Assembly (NCBI GenBank): GCA_964016885.1 | Contig: OZ024740.1 | Coordinates: 218,178,001-218,242,000, forward strand | Reading direction: 5' to 3' | Length of the DNA stretch: 64,000 bases | DNA from: Eledone cirrhosa | Taxonomy: Eukaryota | Made by a program: the position numbers and the translations under genes | Part shown: piece after piece, positions 12,571 through 27,290 of the stretch | Layout of the letters: every line of letters starts with the position of its first letter | Numbering within the stretch: position 1 is the stretch's first letter | Notes under the pieces: generated by a model | What the model saw: the letters and a program-made list of their open reading frames with translations, nothing else | What the model was told of the DNA's origin: nothing | The model's database searches: none

Positions 12571-13454
12571 ACACATACATACATACATACATACATACAT
12601 ACATACATACATACATACATACATACATACATACATACATTACATATATACACACACACACATACATACATACATACATACATACATACATACATACATA
12701 CATACATACATACATACATACACACACATACACACATACACACATACACACATACACACATACATACATACATACATACATACATACATACACAATACAT
12801 ACACACACATACATACATACACACACACATACATACATATACATGCATGCTGACATCATATATGCTTGCATATGTGAAAATAATTGCGTGTCATATATTC
12901 ATGCATGTATTTTTGTATAGTTGAGTGTCTATATACGTTTGTACGTTTTTAATGAATGCATCCACATAATATAAATACATTTATATATTCATATATAGGC
13001 AGATAGACATGCAAATATATAACGATGTTTAAAGCCATTGATGGTCGGCGTTCTGTTGCTTAACTTTGTATTCAAACAGTGTCCATAACACCACCCGTTT
13101 CATTCTAATTGCTTCCGCTGTAGCCGCCATGTTTTTCGCTTTATTTCTTGCTAAAGCCCAATTTGTTTTGTAAATAACTCCTATTATAGACACAGTTAAT
13201 TATAATCGATTCGCAGCCATTACTGTTGTGATAGTTGTTGTTATATACATCATCCTCGACGTCGAAGTCATCATCGTCATCATCATCATCATCATCATCA
13301 GCGTTGTCATCAACGTCATCATCATCATCATCATCGCTGTCGACATCATCATCATCATCGTCAGCATTGACGTTCTTCCTCACTTTCTTCTCTCACGCAC
13401 GTTCTTCTGTCGTCTCAAGCTTTTCTGTACAGTACTTTGAGTAATTTTACACAG

Positions 13455-14398
13455 AAATACAACGACAATAACAACTACAATAATTACACAACAATAACAA
13501 CAACTACAACAACAATAACAACATCTACAACAACAATAACAACAACTACAACAACAATAACAACAATTACACAACAATAACAACAACTACAACAACAATA
13601 ACAACAACTACACAACAATAACAATAACTACACAACAATAACAACTACAACAACAATAACAATAACTACACAACAATAACAACAACTACACAACAATAAC
13701 AACTACAACAACAATAACAACCACAACAATAACAACAACAACTACAGCAATAACAACAACTACAACAACAATAACAACTACAACAATAACAACAACAACT
13801 ACAGCAATAACAACAACTACAACAACAATAACAATTACAACAATAACAGCAACTACAACAATAACAACAATAACAACAACAATAACAACAAGTACACAAC
13901 AATAACAACAACTACACAACAATAACAACAACTACAACAACAATAACAATAACTACACAACAATAACAACAATAACAACAACAATAAGAACAACTACACA
14001 ACAATAACAACAACTACAACAACAATAACAACAACTACACAACAATAACAACAACTACAACAACAATAACAACAACTACACAACAATAACAACAATTGCA
14101 ACAACAATAACAACAACTACACAACAATAACAACAACTACAACAACAATAACAACAACTACACAACAATAACAACAACTACACAACAATAACAATAACTA
14201 CACAACAATAACAACTACACAACAATAACAACAACTACACAACAATAACAACAACTATAACAACAATAACAACAACTACAACAACAATAACAACAACTAC
14301 ACAACAATAACAACAACTACAACAGCAATAACAACAACTACACAACAATAACAACAACTACAACAACAATAACAACAACTACACAACAATAACAACAA
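13455..14398. repeat. compound (ACA)n-based micro/minisatellite
   Basis: Variants of ACAACAATAACAACAACTAC repeated over ~940 bp. Confidence 0.95.
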
Positions 14399-14490
14399 AG
14401 GAATAAAAACAAAATTAAAACAAAACACCCTGTTCTCTTTTTCCTTTGCCAACATCACAAATATCATTACCACTATTATTATTACCATTA

Positions 14491-14681
14491 TCGAGGTTGA
14501 CTTTGCCTTTCATCCTTACGGGGTCGATAAAATAAAGTACCAGTAATGTACTGAGTAATTATTGGCCTTGTGCCTAAAGTAGAAACAATTATTACCATTA
14601 TCCGATAAAATAAAGTACCAGTAATGCACTGGTTAATTGCTGGCCTTGTGCCAAAAGTAGAAACAATTATTACCATTATCC
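14491..14681 (+). mobile_element. two stacked 5'-truncated SINE family 1 tails
   Basis: GCCTTTCATCCTTACGGGGTCGATAAAATAAAGTACCAGT..GGCCTTGTGCC..AGAAACAATTATT; the 3' part occurs twice. Confidence 0.85.
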
Positions 14682-17590
14682 GAATGTGCCAATGTGGACA
14701 TGGGCAAACCGCATCGGGTCATCCAGATTGTATTTAGATAGGGTATTCTGTAGGGAAACAGATAAGGCTAGTGTAGGTTGTCCACAATTTAAAGTAGTCG
14801 ACTACACAGACCACAAATTTGTGATCTGTGAAGTTGACTTAGATAGACTCCATAGACAAGGGCCCGGCTACTGGAAGCTGAACGCATCGTTCCCGGCGCG
14901 CAAAGCTTACAGAGACCGGATTAGCGAATTAGTTAAGCGTGCGTTGACGGGTGCCATTGTCAACGACAAGTGGTGGTTTAACCTGAAAAAGGCTATTAGA
15001 GTAGAATCGATAAGGTTTAGCAAAGGAGTAGTGATAGAGGAAATTAGAGTAGAGGAAAAATATAAGAGGCGTTTAGGACAGGCATCGCAACCGACGTGCT
15101 TGCGGCGAGATTGGCACTCAACCAATACTTCAACGCAAAGCATGTAGGCTGCGTTGTCAGAGCTAGAGCGAGGAGACGAAAGCCGTTCAATGGGCCTGGG
15201 TGGTGAAGGCGCGACGTGGCACAAGTCCACAATTCGGTCTTTGCCTGATCAAAACGAGTGCATGTTGCTCGAACCCGAGCAGATGTGTGCGGCTTTTCAA
15301 CAGCACTTTGCTCAATTGTTCAGGAGCGGCGGCGAGTCGGATCGGTCTATGGACATCGGTGCATACCTCGACGGACTACCGCGGCTCTCGACGACCGCAG
15401 CGCAATGCTGCGAAAAGCCGATAACAGCAGGTGAAATACGAGAAGCCCTACGAGCTTTATGCGTATATGCCAGACTTGTTCGGCGACCTCTTGGCAGATG
15501 TCTACTGCAACTGGCAGCAGAACGGGAGCATTCCCAGTTTTGTAAGTCGAGGAGCGGTGTGATGCTAAGATAAGACCCGAACAAGGGGGACGTTATAGAC
15601 AGCTAAACGCAGAGTATAAGATTTTGGTCAAGGTGTTAGCAAAGAGATTGGCGCTTGTCGTCGGTGATATGATGGGAGAGGCGCAGACATGCGCCATTCC
15701 GGACAGATCCATCCACTACAACCTCTATCTCATGCGATACATCATAGAGAGGGTGGCTAAGGAACCTGGCACGGGTGGAGCTCTGATCAACTTGGATCAA
15801 TCTAAATATTTGATAGGGTGGACCATCAGTACCTGGCTGTGGTCCTCGAGGCGGCCGGCTTCGGGATCGTTTTTAGAGGCTGGATCGCTGCGATGCACAG
15901 CAACATCTGCTCGATTGTGAGGGTGAATGGTCACCTGTGGCAGCCGTTCAGCATCATGCGCTCGATCCGCCAATATTGTCGCCTCACGTCCCTCTTGTAC
16001 GTACTGGCCCTCGAGCTATTACTGCACAAATTGGAGACCATGACGGGGGTACCTCGTGAACTGGGATGGGGAAGATCCGTGTTGGTTACGCCGACGACGT
16101 CACCGTGATGTTGTCGAGCACCAAACACGTCCAGATGCTCGGCACCGCTCTCAAGGAATACGAAGCGGTGACAGGAGCAAAGATAAACCAGGAACAGTCG
16201 GTAGGCTTGCAACTCGGCACCTGGAGAGGCAAGCCGATGGCGTCCAACAGCGTCGTGGGGCGCTGGATGGAAGGACCGGTTAAATTGCTCGGGGTCTGGT
16301 TCGGTCCGGAACTCCAGATGGAGAAAAGCTGCAGCAAGGTGACGAACAGGGTGGCTTCTCTCACCCAGAAATGGGCTGAGAGGAGGCTGTCTCTGAAAGG
16401 TCGGGCACAGGTGGCGAATGTGTACATCGCGTCCGTCATCTGCTACCGCCTGACCGTCGTACCTTGCCTCCATCCAACTCTGCTTTTTGTGGAAGGGACG
16501 TGCTCCCATGGTCAAACGATCCATCTGCTGTCAGCACCCGTTTCGTGGAGGACTGGGCATGCCGTGGCTGATGATGCTCAAACATGCGCTGAGGCTGCGA
16601 CATCTCTGGTGCTTCCTTGACAATGAATAGGTGTGGTCGCCGTTTGCCAGACACGCTTTTCCCCAGCTCGTCTCCTTGACTGAGCTGCAGTCAGAAAAAG
16701 ACCGAGGGATAGCGCTTGGAAGCTGGAATGTCTCCAAGCGCTCACCGCCCTCTACCAGCTGGGCACTGATATCGGTGGAACATCCACCTTGGCGTTCGAT
16801 AGAGGGCTAGTGGATGGGAAGAGCGACGACATTCCCGGAGAGACTCTGGGCGTCGAAGACAATCAGCTGTTTGCTCTCTTCAAGAGAACTTTCAGCAGTG
16901 CTACCGGGGAGCGTTGCCGGTTCGGGATAAGCTCTACAGGCACGAAGGTGCTGTCAGCCGTTCAGTGCCCGAGAATTGCTGACTTGTGGAGCTATGTCTA
17001 ACAGTTGCTGTCGCGTGTAGGACAGATCCGGTTATCGACTGAGTCCATTGTGCAGATAGCCCCGCCATCCTCCTTTAAAGAGGAGGAAGGGCAAGCAGTC
17101 TTCATCTGCCTGGTGGCCATGGCGAAAGAGATTGTGAGATGGACAAGGTTGAAAGGGTTGAAGACGGACACTTTCCTCTTCGGCCAATCCCTTATTAACT
17201 TTTTCAAGTTTCACTTGAAGAGGAAAATCAGGGTGGAGAGGCAAGTGCTGTCTTCTAGTAAGTTTGTTGAAAGGTGGGTGAAAGTGGCGAGTCTGGTCCG
17301 AGTGGACGGGCCCACTCTGAGTATGTGCCTATAGACTGAGGAGTGGAAAAACTGAGAGAGGGAGCTTGCCCTGGTGGTTAGGGTGGCCGTGGCCTTTTGT
17401 GTGGTTTTCGCCACGAGTGACCCTCGGAGGCTTCCTCTTTATTGGGAAACTTTTGTTGTTTGAATTTTAATTTATTTTACACGTTTCTGTCTTTTATAAC
17501 CTTTTTACATGGCTAAAACCCACTTTGTATCGTCCTGTACCGTCTGTAATGTTTTTCTTCATGTTAGCCCTTGTGGCCAATAAAGAATCC
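14682..17590 (+). mobile_element. decayed 5'-truncated Tx1/L1-like LINE (ORF2 remnant)
   Basis: APE end WTW..LDRV..TDHK..GPGYWKLN; RT pieces KVLAKRL, LINLDQSK, GYADDVTV, KLLGVWF, RLSLKGR; AATAAA then (ATT)n tail. Many frameshifts. Confidence 0.88.
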
Positions 17591-18154
17591 ATTATTATTA
17601 TTATTATGATTATTATTATTATCACTATTATTATTATCATTATTATGATTTTGATATTCTCTTTATTGTTCGCTTATCCTATCCTTTCATCCCTGTTTAT
17701 AAATTATTCTTTCTTTCTACATTCCTTTCTTCTTTTCTTTTTTTCTTTTTTTCTCGTTACAACACTTTCTTTCTTTCTTTCGTTCTTTCTTTTTCTCTTT
17801 CTCGTTACAACACTTTCTTTCCCTCTTTCTTTCTTTTTTCTCTCTTTCTCTCTTTCTTTCTTTCTCTCTCTTTTTCTTTCTGTGTTGTTTTCTTTCTATC
17901 TTTCTTTCTCTCTTTCTCTCCTCCTCGTTACAACACTTTCATTTCATCATGATTAATTTTATTTCCATCGTCCATGTTGCTACTTCATTAGTCTTCCAGA
18001 TAGGAATAGATATAACATACAGCACTGAGGATCTTAACAAACTGCTGTTATTGCTCTTATTACTCTTATTATTGCTGCTGTTGTTGTTGTTGTTAACACT
18101 GATGATGGTGTCATTGTTGTTGTTAGTGCCGTTGTTGTTCATGATGATAATGAT

Positions 18155-18191
<37 letters not shown>

Positions 18192-18193
18192 GC

Positions 18194-18227
<34 letters not shown>

Positions 18228-18903
18228 GCAGCAACAATAACAACAATAATAATATCGATAATAATAATAATAATAATGATTTCATTTATTAGCCACAAGA
18301 ATAATAATAATAATAATGGTCTTAATGTGTTTGTTGTCTCTTTATTTATTTTGTTTTGTTTCTAGAATGAAAAAAGAAAAGGAAAGGAAAAAAAAAAACA
18401 GACAGAAAAAAAAAAGATGGCTACATATAGACAAAACAGCCAATGCCCATTAGCAGGCGTTCCTTCTTACAACGTCGTCCATTGAAATACTGTTTATTTA
18501 AAAGAATGTAAATAACAACAACAAAAAATATCAAAGCAACATTTTCCTCCCAAAATGTACGCTTGTTTGTATATGCTTCGTTCCTTTCTTTGTTTACACT
18601 ATTCTGAAACATATATATATATTTGGGATTCTGTGTACGTGATTGTATCTATTAGTGCAGTTTTCGTCTGCATGTGTATCTATTTGTATCTATTTGTATT
18701 TATCTGTGTTTATTTATGTTTATTTATAAATGCCGCTGTTTCACTACAAAACAACCACACACACATATACACATACACACACGCGCACATACATGCGCAC
18801 ACACACACGCACGCATAAACATACGTACACACGACTCTTTATTTGTATATGTTTACGTATTCAGGCAGAATGTTATTTTTTATGTTTATGTATGTAAGTA
18901 TGC

Positions 18904-18944
<41 letters not shown>

Positions 18945-19032
18945 GATAGATGTTGGAATGTGTAAGTACGTGTTGTGTGTGCCTATATACATTAGAGGGA
19001 TAAATAAATATGTATGTTTATATATGTATACA

Positions 19033-19063
<31 letters not shown>

Positions 19064-19132
19064 GCATGTAAATGTGCACACACATACATATATACACACA
19101 CGCACATATATAATTATATATATAGATGTAAT

Positions 19133-19209
<77 letters not shown>

Positions 19210-19256
19210 ATATATATATATGGAGAGCGAGAGATGCATTTATACATAATCCATAT

Positions 19257-19292
<36 letters not shown>

Positions 19293-19693
19293 GAAAATAT
19301 ATATATATGTATATCTATATATATGTATATATATGTATATATATATATACATATATATATAATACATATAAAATACATATATATATATACCTGTCATATA
19401 TATATACCTGTATATATATATACCTGTATATATATATATATATATACACACACGCACACATACACGCAGTCACCCACACATATACACCTTACGCACACAC
19501 ACAACCTCACACACGCACACATAAACCTGCATATGGTGTTGTTTATGTATTTAAAATACGCGAATTAATATAAATATGCAAAGATATTATCTCTGGAAAA
19601 CTGGAAAACAATTTCAAAGGCAAGGATGGCGTATTAATAAACACTTAGATATACCTCACAACGTCACGTTCAGCTTTTTATATAACAGAGAGA

Positions 19694-19749
<56 letters not shown>

Positions 19750-19773
19750 CAGAGATAGAGAGAGAGAGACAAG

Positions 19774-19845
<72 letters not shown>

Positions 19846-19893
19846 AGGATAGAGAGAAAGACAGGGCGGATAGAGAGATAGAGAGAGAGAGAG

Positions 19894-19965
<72 letters not shown>

Positions 19966-20147
19966 CTCTGGAAAAAATTGCTGACCCTACAATCTACGCA
20001 AGGTATTGAATTTGGTTCTGTCAGCAAAATGAAGGTATTATTTGATATTATGTCATACATTTGTTTTTCTCATCTCTCTTGTTTCTTTATTGTGCTGTTG
20101 TTGCTGAACTTGCAGAAACGGACATATAGGCGTCACGACGGCTGTGT

Positions 20148-20294
20148 GGTTATAGTGTTAATTTTACAGCCACGTGGTCCAGGTTTAGTCATGATGCACT
20201 CTGCAGCATCTTGTGCAAGTGCATTCTACTATAACCTTGGTGTAACCAATGCCTTGTGAATGGAATTTGGTAGGCAGAAAGTGCAGAAGCTACT

Positions 20295-20296
<2 letters not shown>
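20148..20296 (+). mobile_element. degenerate tRNA-derived SINE (family 3)
   Basis: GCAAGTGCATTCTACTATAACC..GCCTTGTGAATGGAATTTGGTAG; related to 45830-45970 and possibly 38975-39060. Confidence 0.5.
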
Positions 20297-20329
<33 letters not shown>

Positions 20330-20333
<4 letters not shown>

Positions 20334-20464
20334 CGAAGGGAATGTGGTAAGGAACCAGGTGGACCATAACGCACCAAAGTACTCAATACTTAGGGTAGTA
20401 GAGTGGGTAATAGGAACGAGTAGGACCCCGACGGCTGAGCTCATATATATAGGTCCTACTCGTT

Positions 20465-20467
<3 letters not shown>
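20330..20467 (-). mobile_element. (TA)n-flanked fragment of hammerhead-associated repeat family H
   Basis: Matches 54973-55085 and the reverse complement of about 49715-49820. Confidence 0.75.
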
Positions 20468-20496
<29 letters not shown>

Positions 20497-20498
<2 letters not shown>

Positions 20499-20681
20499 TG
20501 AGATTCTACACGACTAGAACTGTTTCATTCTTTAGAAATCATCAGGAATCTCTGATGATTTCTAAAGAATGAAACAGTTCTAGTCCTGTAGAATCTCATC
20601 TATATTAAAACTGTTATACTCTGCTATGTATTGAGTACCTTACTTACTGTGGTTACCTCCGATTCAAGCCGGAATAACTTA

Positions 20682-20685
<4 letters not shown>
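20497..20685. ncRNA. back-to-back hammerhead ribozyme palindrome (family P), (TA)n-flanked
   Basis: CTGATGA-TTTC.TAAA.GAAT-GAAACAG..CTGT-A-GAATCTC on + and its mirror on -. Confidence 0.75.
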
Positions 20686-20747
<62 letters not shown>

Positions 20748-21043
20748 ATATAACTTCGTACTTATAAGCACACACACACACACATACGCACACACACACA
20801 CATACGCACACACACACACATACACACGCACACAAAGATAGCTCTATATACAAAACGGTTCTTTTTCCATTTCAGGTAAAAAATAAATCATACACAAAAC
20901 GCCAGTATCAAGTTTACCAACAGATGTCAACATGAACGAACCTGTTATTTTTCTCTAAAAACATTTCTCCCGATTCCATCCGGCCCATCTATCCCTTCAA
21001 TCTATCCCATCTATCCCTTCAATCTATCTAATTTCCCCTTTTT

Positions 21044-21079
21044 TCTTCTCATGAAGGACTAGCGTCCGAAACGTTAAGA
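21044..21079 (+). ncRNA. mutated minimal hammerhead
   Basis: TCTT-CTCATGA-A-GGAC.TAGC.GTCC-GAAACGT-T-AAGA; core G5 changed to C. Confidence 0.5.
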
Positions 21080-21212
21080 CTCTCTTCCTGCTATTTAAAG
21101 TGCTAACCTAATATATCCCTTCCATATACTGTACCGATTGTGTTGTTATTTCTATTTACTTTTTACATACATACATGCACACACACACACACGCGCGCGC
21201 ACGCACACACAA

Positions 21213-21266
<54 letters not shown>

Positions 21267-21699
21267 GAGTTAGTAAAATCAAAGTTGCGGCGCTCGGCCA
21301 ACATCCACGAAAAAAAAAACAATATTCAGAAGCTTTGCGCGAAACACTCAATAAGATAATATCAATAAATCGATAAGTTACATCTTAGAGTAATAAACAT
21401 ATGTTAAATGGCGTGACAAATTAAAAACTGTGGTTAAGGGGACAAAGCCAAAGAAGCCACCACAAGAACGAAAATACAATAGCTTTCCTTTCTTTATACA
21501 CTCGCACACACACATATATATAGATTTATACATGTGTGTATATGCTTGTATGTGTGTGCGTTTGTGTGTGTGTTTATGCAAAAGCCAAACAGAAATAGCG
21601 AGGAAAACAACACAGTACAATGTAGAATATATGTATATATAAAGACGCCCTTCGAATAACCATGAGTTTTGTACATAGAAAGTTCGCCTTCAAGGCACA

Positions 21700-21950
21700 A
21701 GACGAGGCAAGGTGTTTTGTGAAAGACCGGCATTCGCCTATGCATACCAGTTTCTATTCTCCACGACACCAATGTTGTTCAAGGGAAAGACAAGGGCTGA
21801 TATAACTCCCTTTTACCATGTGAGTAAACTGGGGCAACGTGAAATAAAGTGTCATGCTCAAAGACACAACGTATAACTCAGTCAGAGAATCTAACATATA
21901 GCCTCACGGTTATGAATCTAACTCTCTAGCCACTAGGCTACGTGCCTTCA
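21700..21950 (-). mobile_element. SINE family 2, degenerate
   Basis: GGGGCAACGTGAAATAAAGTGTCATGCTCAAAGACACAAC, related to 33735-34015. Confidence 0.55.
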
Positions 21951-21959
21951 CACACACAC

Positions 21960-22000
<41 letters not shown>

Positions 22001-22025
22001 TATACATTTATATACGTACATATAT

Positions 22026-22071
<46 letters not shown>

Positions 22072-22073
<2 letters not shown>

Positions 22074-22256
22074 GATATTAATAAATGGAAACTATATTTA
22101 TAAAATCATATTTATTTCATTATACATATTTCAGGGATACCAAATTAAATTATGGTATGCCTTCATCAGACAAAATACAATATATAACAGTTTTATAAAT
22201 AAGCTTTGACGTACCCTATTAAAATGCAACCATTGTATTTGGAAGTCATCCGGATA

Positions 22257-22257
<1 letters not shown>
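22072..22257 (-). ncRNA. (TA)n-flanked repeat with type I hammerhead at 22113-22177 (family Q)
   Basis: TATTTTGT-CTGATGA-AGG.ATACCA..TGGTAT.CCT-GAA-ATATGTAT-A-ATGAAATA; same family as 47521-47866. Confidence 0.75.
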
Positions 22258-22325
<68 letters not shown>

Positions 22326-22471
22326 TATACATATATATATACGTACATATATACACATATATATATATATATATATTCATTAGTTAAGCGAAACAAGACC
22401 ACACACTTGACAAGGAAGACATTATTAAAAGATTGTCAACATATCTTAGTTTGATGTAAGGAATGTAGAGA

Positions 22472-22835
22472 ATAATAATAATAATATTAATAATAATTTG
22501 TGGTCTGTGTAGTCGACTACTTTAAATTGTGGACAACCTACACTATCCTTATCTGTTTCCCTACAGAATACCCTATCTAAACACGATCTGGATGACCCGA
22601 TGCGGTTTGCCCATGTCCACATTGGCACATTCGGATAATGGTAATAATTGTTTCTACTTTTGGCACAAGGCCAGCAATTACCCAGTGTATTACTGGTACT
22701 TTATTTTATCGACCCCGTAAGGATGAAAGGCAAAGTTAACCTCGGCAGGATTTGAACTCAGATCAGAAAGGGGCGTAACTCTGTGCTACAAAGCATGTTG
22801 TCCGACCCTCTACCAATACTGCCAAACCACCACCC
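22472..22835 (-). mobile_element. SINE family 1 fused to ~140 bp of the Tx1-like LINE, with (ATT)n tail
   Basis: Reverse complement of the junction at about 14600-14820. Confidence 0.85.
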
Positions 22836-22839
22836 TATA

Positions 22840-23037
22840 TTAATAATAATTGTTTCTATTTTAGGCACAAGGCCAGCAATTATCCAGTACATTACTGGTA
22901 CTTTATTTTATCGACCCCGTAAGGATGAAAGGCAAGTTAACCTCGGCGGGATTTGAACTCAGATCATAAAGGGACGTAACTCTATGCTTCAAAGCATGGT
23001 GTCCGACTCTCTACCGATACTGCTAATCCACCGCCTA
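22840..23037 (-). mobile_element. SINE family 1, full length (tRNA head, central domain resembling Meta-type SINEs)
   Basis: A-box-like GGCGGTGGATTAGCAG, B box GAGTTCAAATCC, central GCCTTTCATCCTTACGGGGTCGATAAAA. Confidence 0.85.
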
Positions 23038-23206
23038 TATTAATAATAATAATGTCCGTTTACAATTGTTTCGCTGCTCCATATAATATTTCTGGATCAG
23101 ATGACTATATATCATAATTGATCTGGTTCAGTTGAAATTAATTAACATATTTAAAAGACAGAGTGGCTCATATATATATATATATAGATGTGTGTGTGTT
23201 TGGATA

Positions 23207-23441
23207 AACGCGTACCTAGTGGTAAGGGTGTTGGACTTACGATCATAATGTCGTGGGTTCAATTCCAGGGCTCAGTTGCGTGTTGTGTTCTTGAGCAAAA
23301 CACATTATTTCACGTTACTTCAGTATACTCAGCTGAAAATGAGTACCAGCAATAGCTGGAGGTTTAACCCTACAATGGACTGGCGACTTCACACCATGAA
23401 ACCGGGATAAGCCTTCTGGCTTAAGACAGACTTTAGACTTT
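23207..23441 (+). mobile_element. tRNA-derived SINE family 2
   Basis: CCTAGTGG A box, GGTTCAATTCC B box, tail TTAAGACAGACTTTAGAC; reverse copy at 33735-34015. Confidence 0.8.
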
Positions 23442-23466
23442 CATATATATATATATATATATATAA

Positions 23467-23497
<31 letters not shown>

Positions 23498-23803
23498 TGT
23501 GTGTGTGTGTATCAATGAAGTATAATTTGTATTGAGAAAACAAAATTATATATTATCATATTTTCTTGTTCAAGTGATAAACAGTGTTTTATTATTTCGG
23601 ATATCTATACACTTTATTAATACATTATTCAGTACACTACCCAAAGTATTGTTATACCAGTGTGTGTGTGTGTGTGTGTGTAAGAAAGGTCAACAAGGAA
23701 AAACAACACAAATGCTGATAAATTAGTTTAACGCTGGTAAATTAGATTAACGCTGGTAAATTTTGAAATGAGTCCTAACATTTCGGATAAATTTAAAAAC
23801 GAA

Positions 23804-23884
<81 letters not shown>

Positions 23885-23893
23885 AGTTAGCTA

Positions 23894-24835
<942 letters not shown>

Positions 24836-25223
24836 TAGCGAGAATCGTATTTCAGCTCAGGAATTAACGAAAAACAACTTCCGAGATGTGTGGCAAGCGC
24901 TCGATGATTCATATGAATCAGAGCTACAACATACGTTAAAGGCCAAACACACTGAGATGGTGATTAAACTAATCATCCGCACAACCAAAAAAAAACGACC
25001 AAGTAATTCGGGTCAAACAATAAAAATATATGTGATATATATAATTAAGTATACGCTTAAATTACATATAGCCGGGTCGCAGTCCTCCCCCTCCATGAAT
25101 TTGCAGAAGTCGCATATTGAAAACACGAATCTGCAAGTCAGTGTGTTGTGTACACTGTACGTTGAACAGTGGATAAACGGCTTAGTGTGGGAACAAATAT
25201 ACTGTCCCGAACTGTAGTATATA

Positions 25224-25308
<85 letters not shown>

Positions 25309-25568
25309 TTATATATGGAATAGAATGAAACGAAATTTCATTTCTCACTCTTGGTACGGCACTTACTTAAATGTAAGTAAGTATGTATGTATACGTACAT
25401 ACATATATGTATACATACGTACAGTAGTATGTATGTATATATATATACATACATGCGTGCATATATATATGTGTGCATGTATGTATATATATATATATAC
25501 TACTGTACGTCTGTATACATATATGTATGTATGTATACATACATACTTACATTTATATATATATATAT

Positions 25569-25706
25569 AGTTTTAATATAGATGAGATTCTACAGGACTA
25601 GAACTGTTTCATTCTTTAGAAATCATCAGGAATCTCAGGAGATTCCTGATGATTTCTAAAGAATGAAACAGTTCTAGTCCTGTAGAATCTCATCTATATT
25701 AAAACT
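25569..25706. ncRNA. perfect palindrome (68-bp arms) encoding a type I hammerhead on each strand (family P)
   Basis: + strand 25639-25691: stem I GAGATTC/GAATCTC, CTGATGA, GAA, stem III ACAG/CTGT, GTA cleavage triplet. Confidence 0.85.
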
Positions 25707-25774
25707 TTTTGAGTACCTTACTTACTGTGGTTTCCTCCGATTCAACCCGGAATAACGTATACATTTTTATATAT

Positions 25775-25805
<31 letters not shown>

Positions 25806-25897
25806 ACTGTTGGTTGTTATATGTATAATGTATATGTATATGTATGTATATATATATATGTATGTATATGTATGTATATATATATATATCTGTGTGA

Positions 25898-25981
<84 letters not shown>

Positions 25982-26164
25982 ATATAGGTATATGATGTGC
26001 AAGCAATATATGTTTCATATACATGTGAATACATGTATCCAAATCATTTCTTGTCCATAACCATATCTCATTAAATATAAATAATTTATGCAAATATTTG
26101 TCTCCGTGCGTATGAGTTCCGGTACATTTCTCTGTAAACTCATTCTCTCTCTTTCTCTCTCGTC

Positions 26165-26196
<32 letters not shown>

Positions 26197-26444
26197 CTCT
26201 CTCTCTCTCTCTCTCTCGTCATCTCTCTCTCGTTGTCGTTGTCGTCGTCTCTCTCTCACGCCCGCTCGTGTTTGTATGTATGTATGGATGTATGTATGTT
26301 TATATATATATATATTTTTTTTTTTTCCGTTTATCGTTTTCGGTGCACCCGGCCGATTAACCCACTCGATATGCAAATTGGGCTACTCAGCCGTTAATAT
26401 GCATAAGGTAAGTATATACGTTCAACAATCTGGCAGGAAGGTAT

Positions 26445-26487
26445 ACGTTGCTGACGATAGCTAACAAGCTTGAAACTAGTACAGCGT
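26445..26487 (+). ncRNA. minimal type I hammerhead
   Basis: ACGTTG-CTGACGA-T.AGCT.AACA.AGCT.T-GAA-ACTAGT-A-CAGCGT; palindromic stem III. Confidence 0.75.
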
Positions 26488-26752
26488 TCCTTTGTCAGTG
26501 TTGAACAAACGAGCAACGGTGGTTGCTAGACACTACGGCTTAATACGGGATGTTTGTTTACAAACACACCGAGCATTATAATAAATGTTCGGTGAATCCA
26601 TACGTGCATATATATATGTGTGCATGTATGTATATATATATATATACATACTACTGTACGTCGGTATACATATATGTATGTACGTGTACATACTTATATT
26701 TAAGTAACAGCCGTACTAAGAGTGGGAAATGAAGTATCGTTTCATTTTTTCC

Positions 26753-26818
<66 letters not shown>

Positions 26819-26849
26819 GGGGGTGTCATTTATTTCACTATACCTGTGA

Positions 26850-27045
26850 AGGAATTGATAGAGCATCGGATAAAATACCATTGCATTGTTTCTTCTGGCT
26901 CTTCGAGTTCTGAGTTCAAATCCCACCTAGGTTAACTTTGCCTTCCATCGTTCCGAGGGCGATAAAATAATGTATCATTCAAATACTAGGTCGATTTAAT
27001 CCACTTCCTCTTTCCTCGAAATTGCTGACCTTATGCCTAAATAAG
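26850..27045 (+). mobile_element. SINE family 1, diverged
   Basis: GAGTTCAAATCCCACCTAGGTTAACTTTGCCTTCCATC..GATAAAATAA. Confidence 0.7.
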
Positions 27046-27290
27046 ATGAAGATGATACACATATGGATGTCGAAAACAAAGCATAAGGATCTAATCAAGA
27101 AATACGATGTTATGTTTACAGTATAATATGTTTGAAACTAAAAAAAAAAAAACAGCGGCTTCGGAAGCATCCGATGATATTGTAAGAAAGGTCAACAAGG
27201 AAAAACAACACGAATGCTGATAAATTAGTTTAACGCTGGTAAATTTTGAAATGAGTCTTAACATTTCGGATATATATATATATATATATT

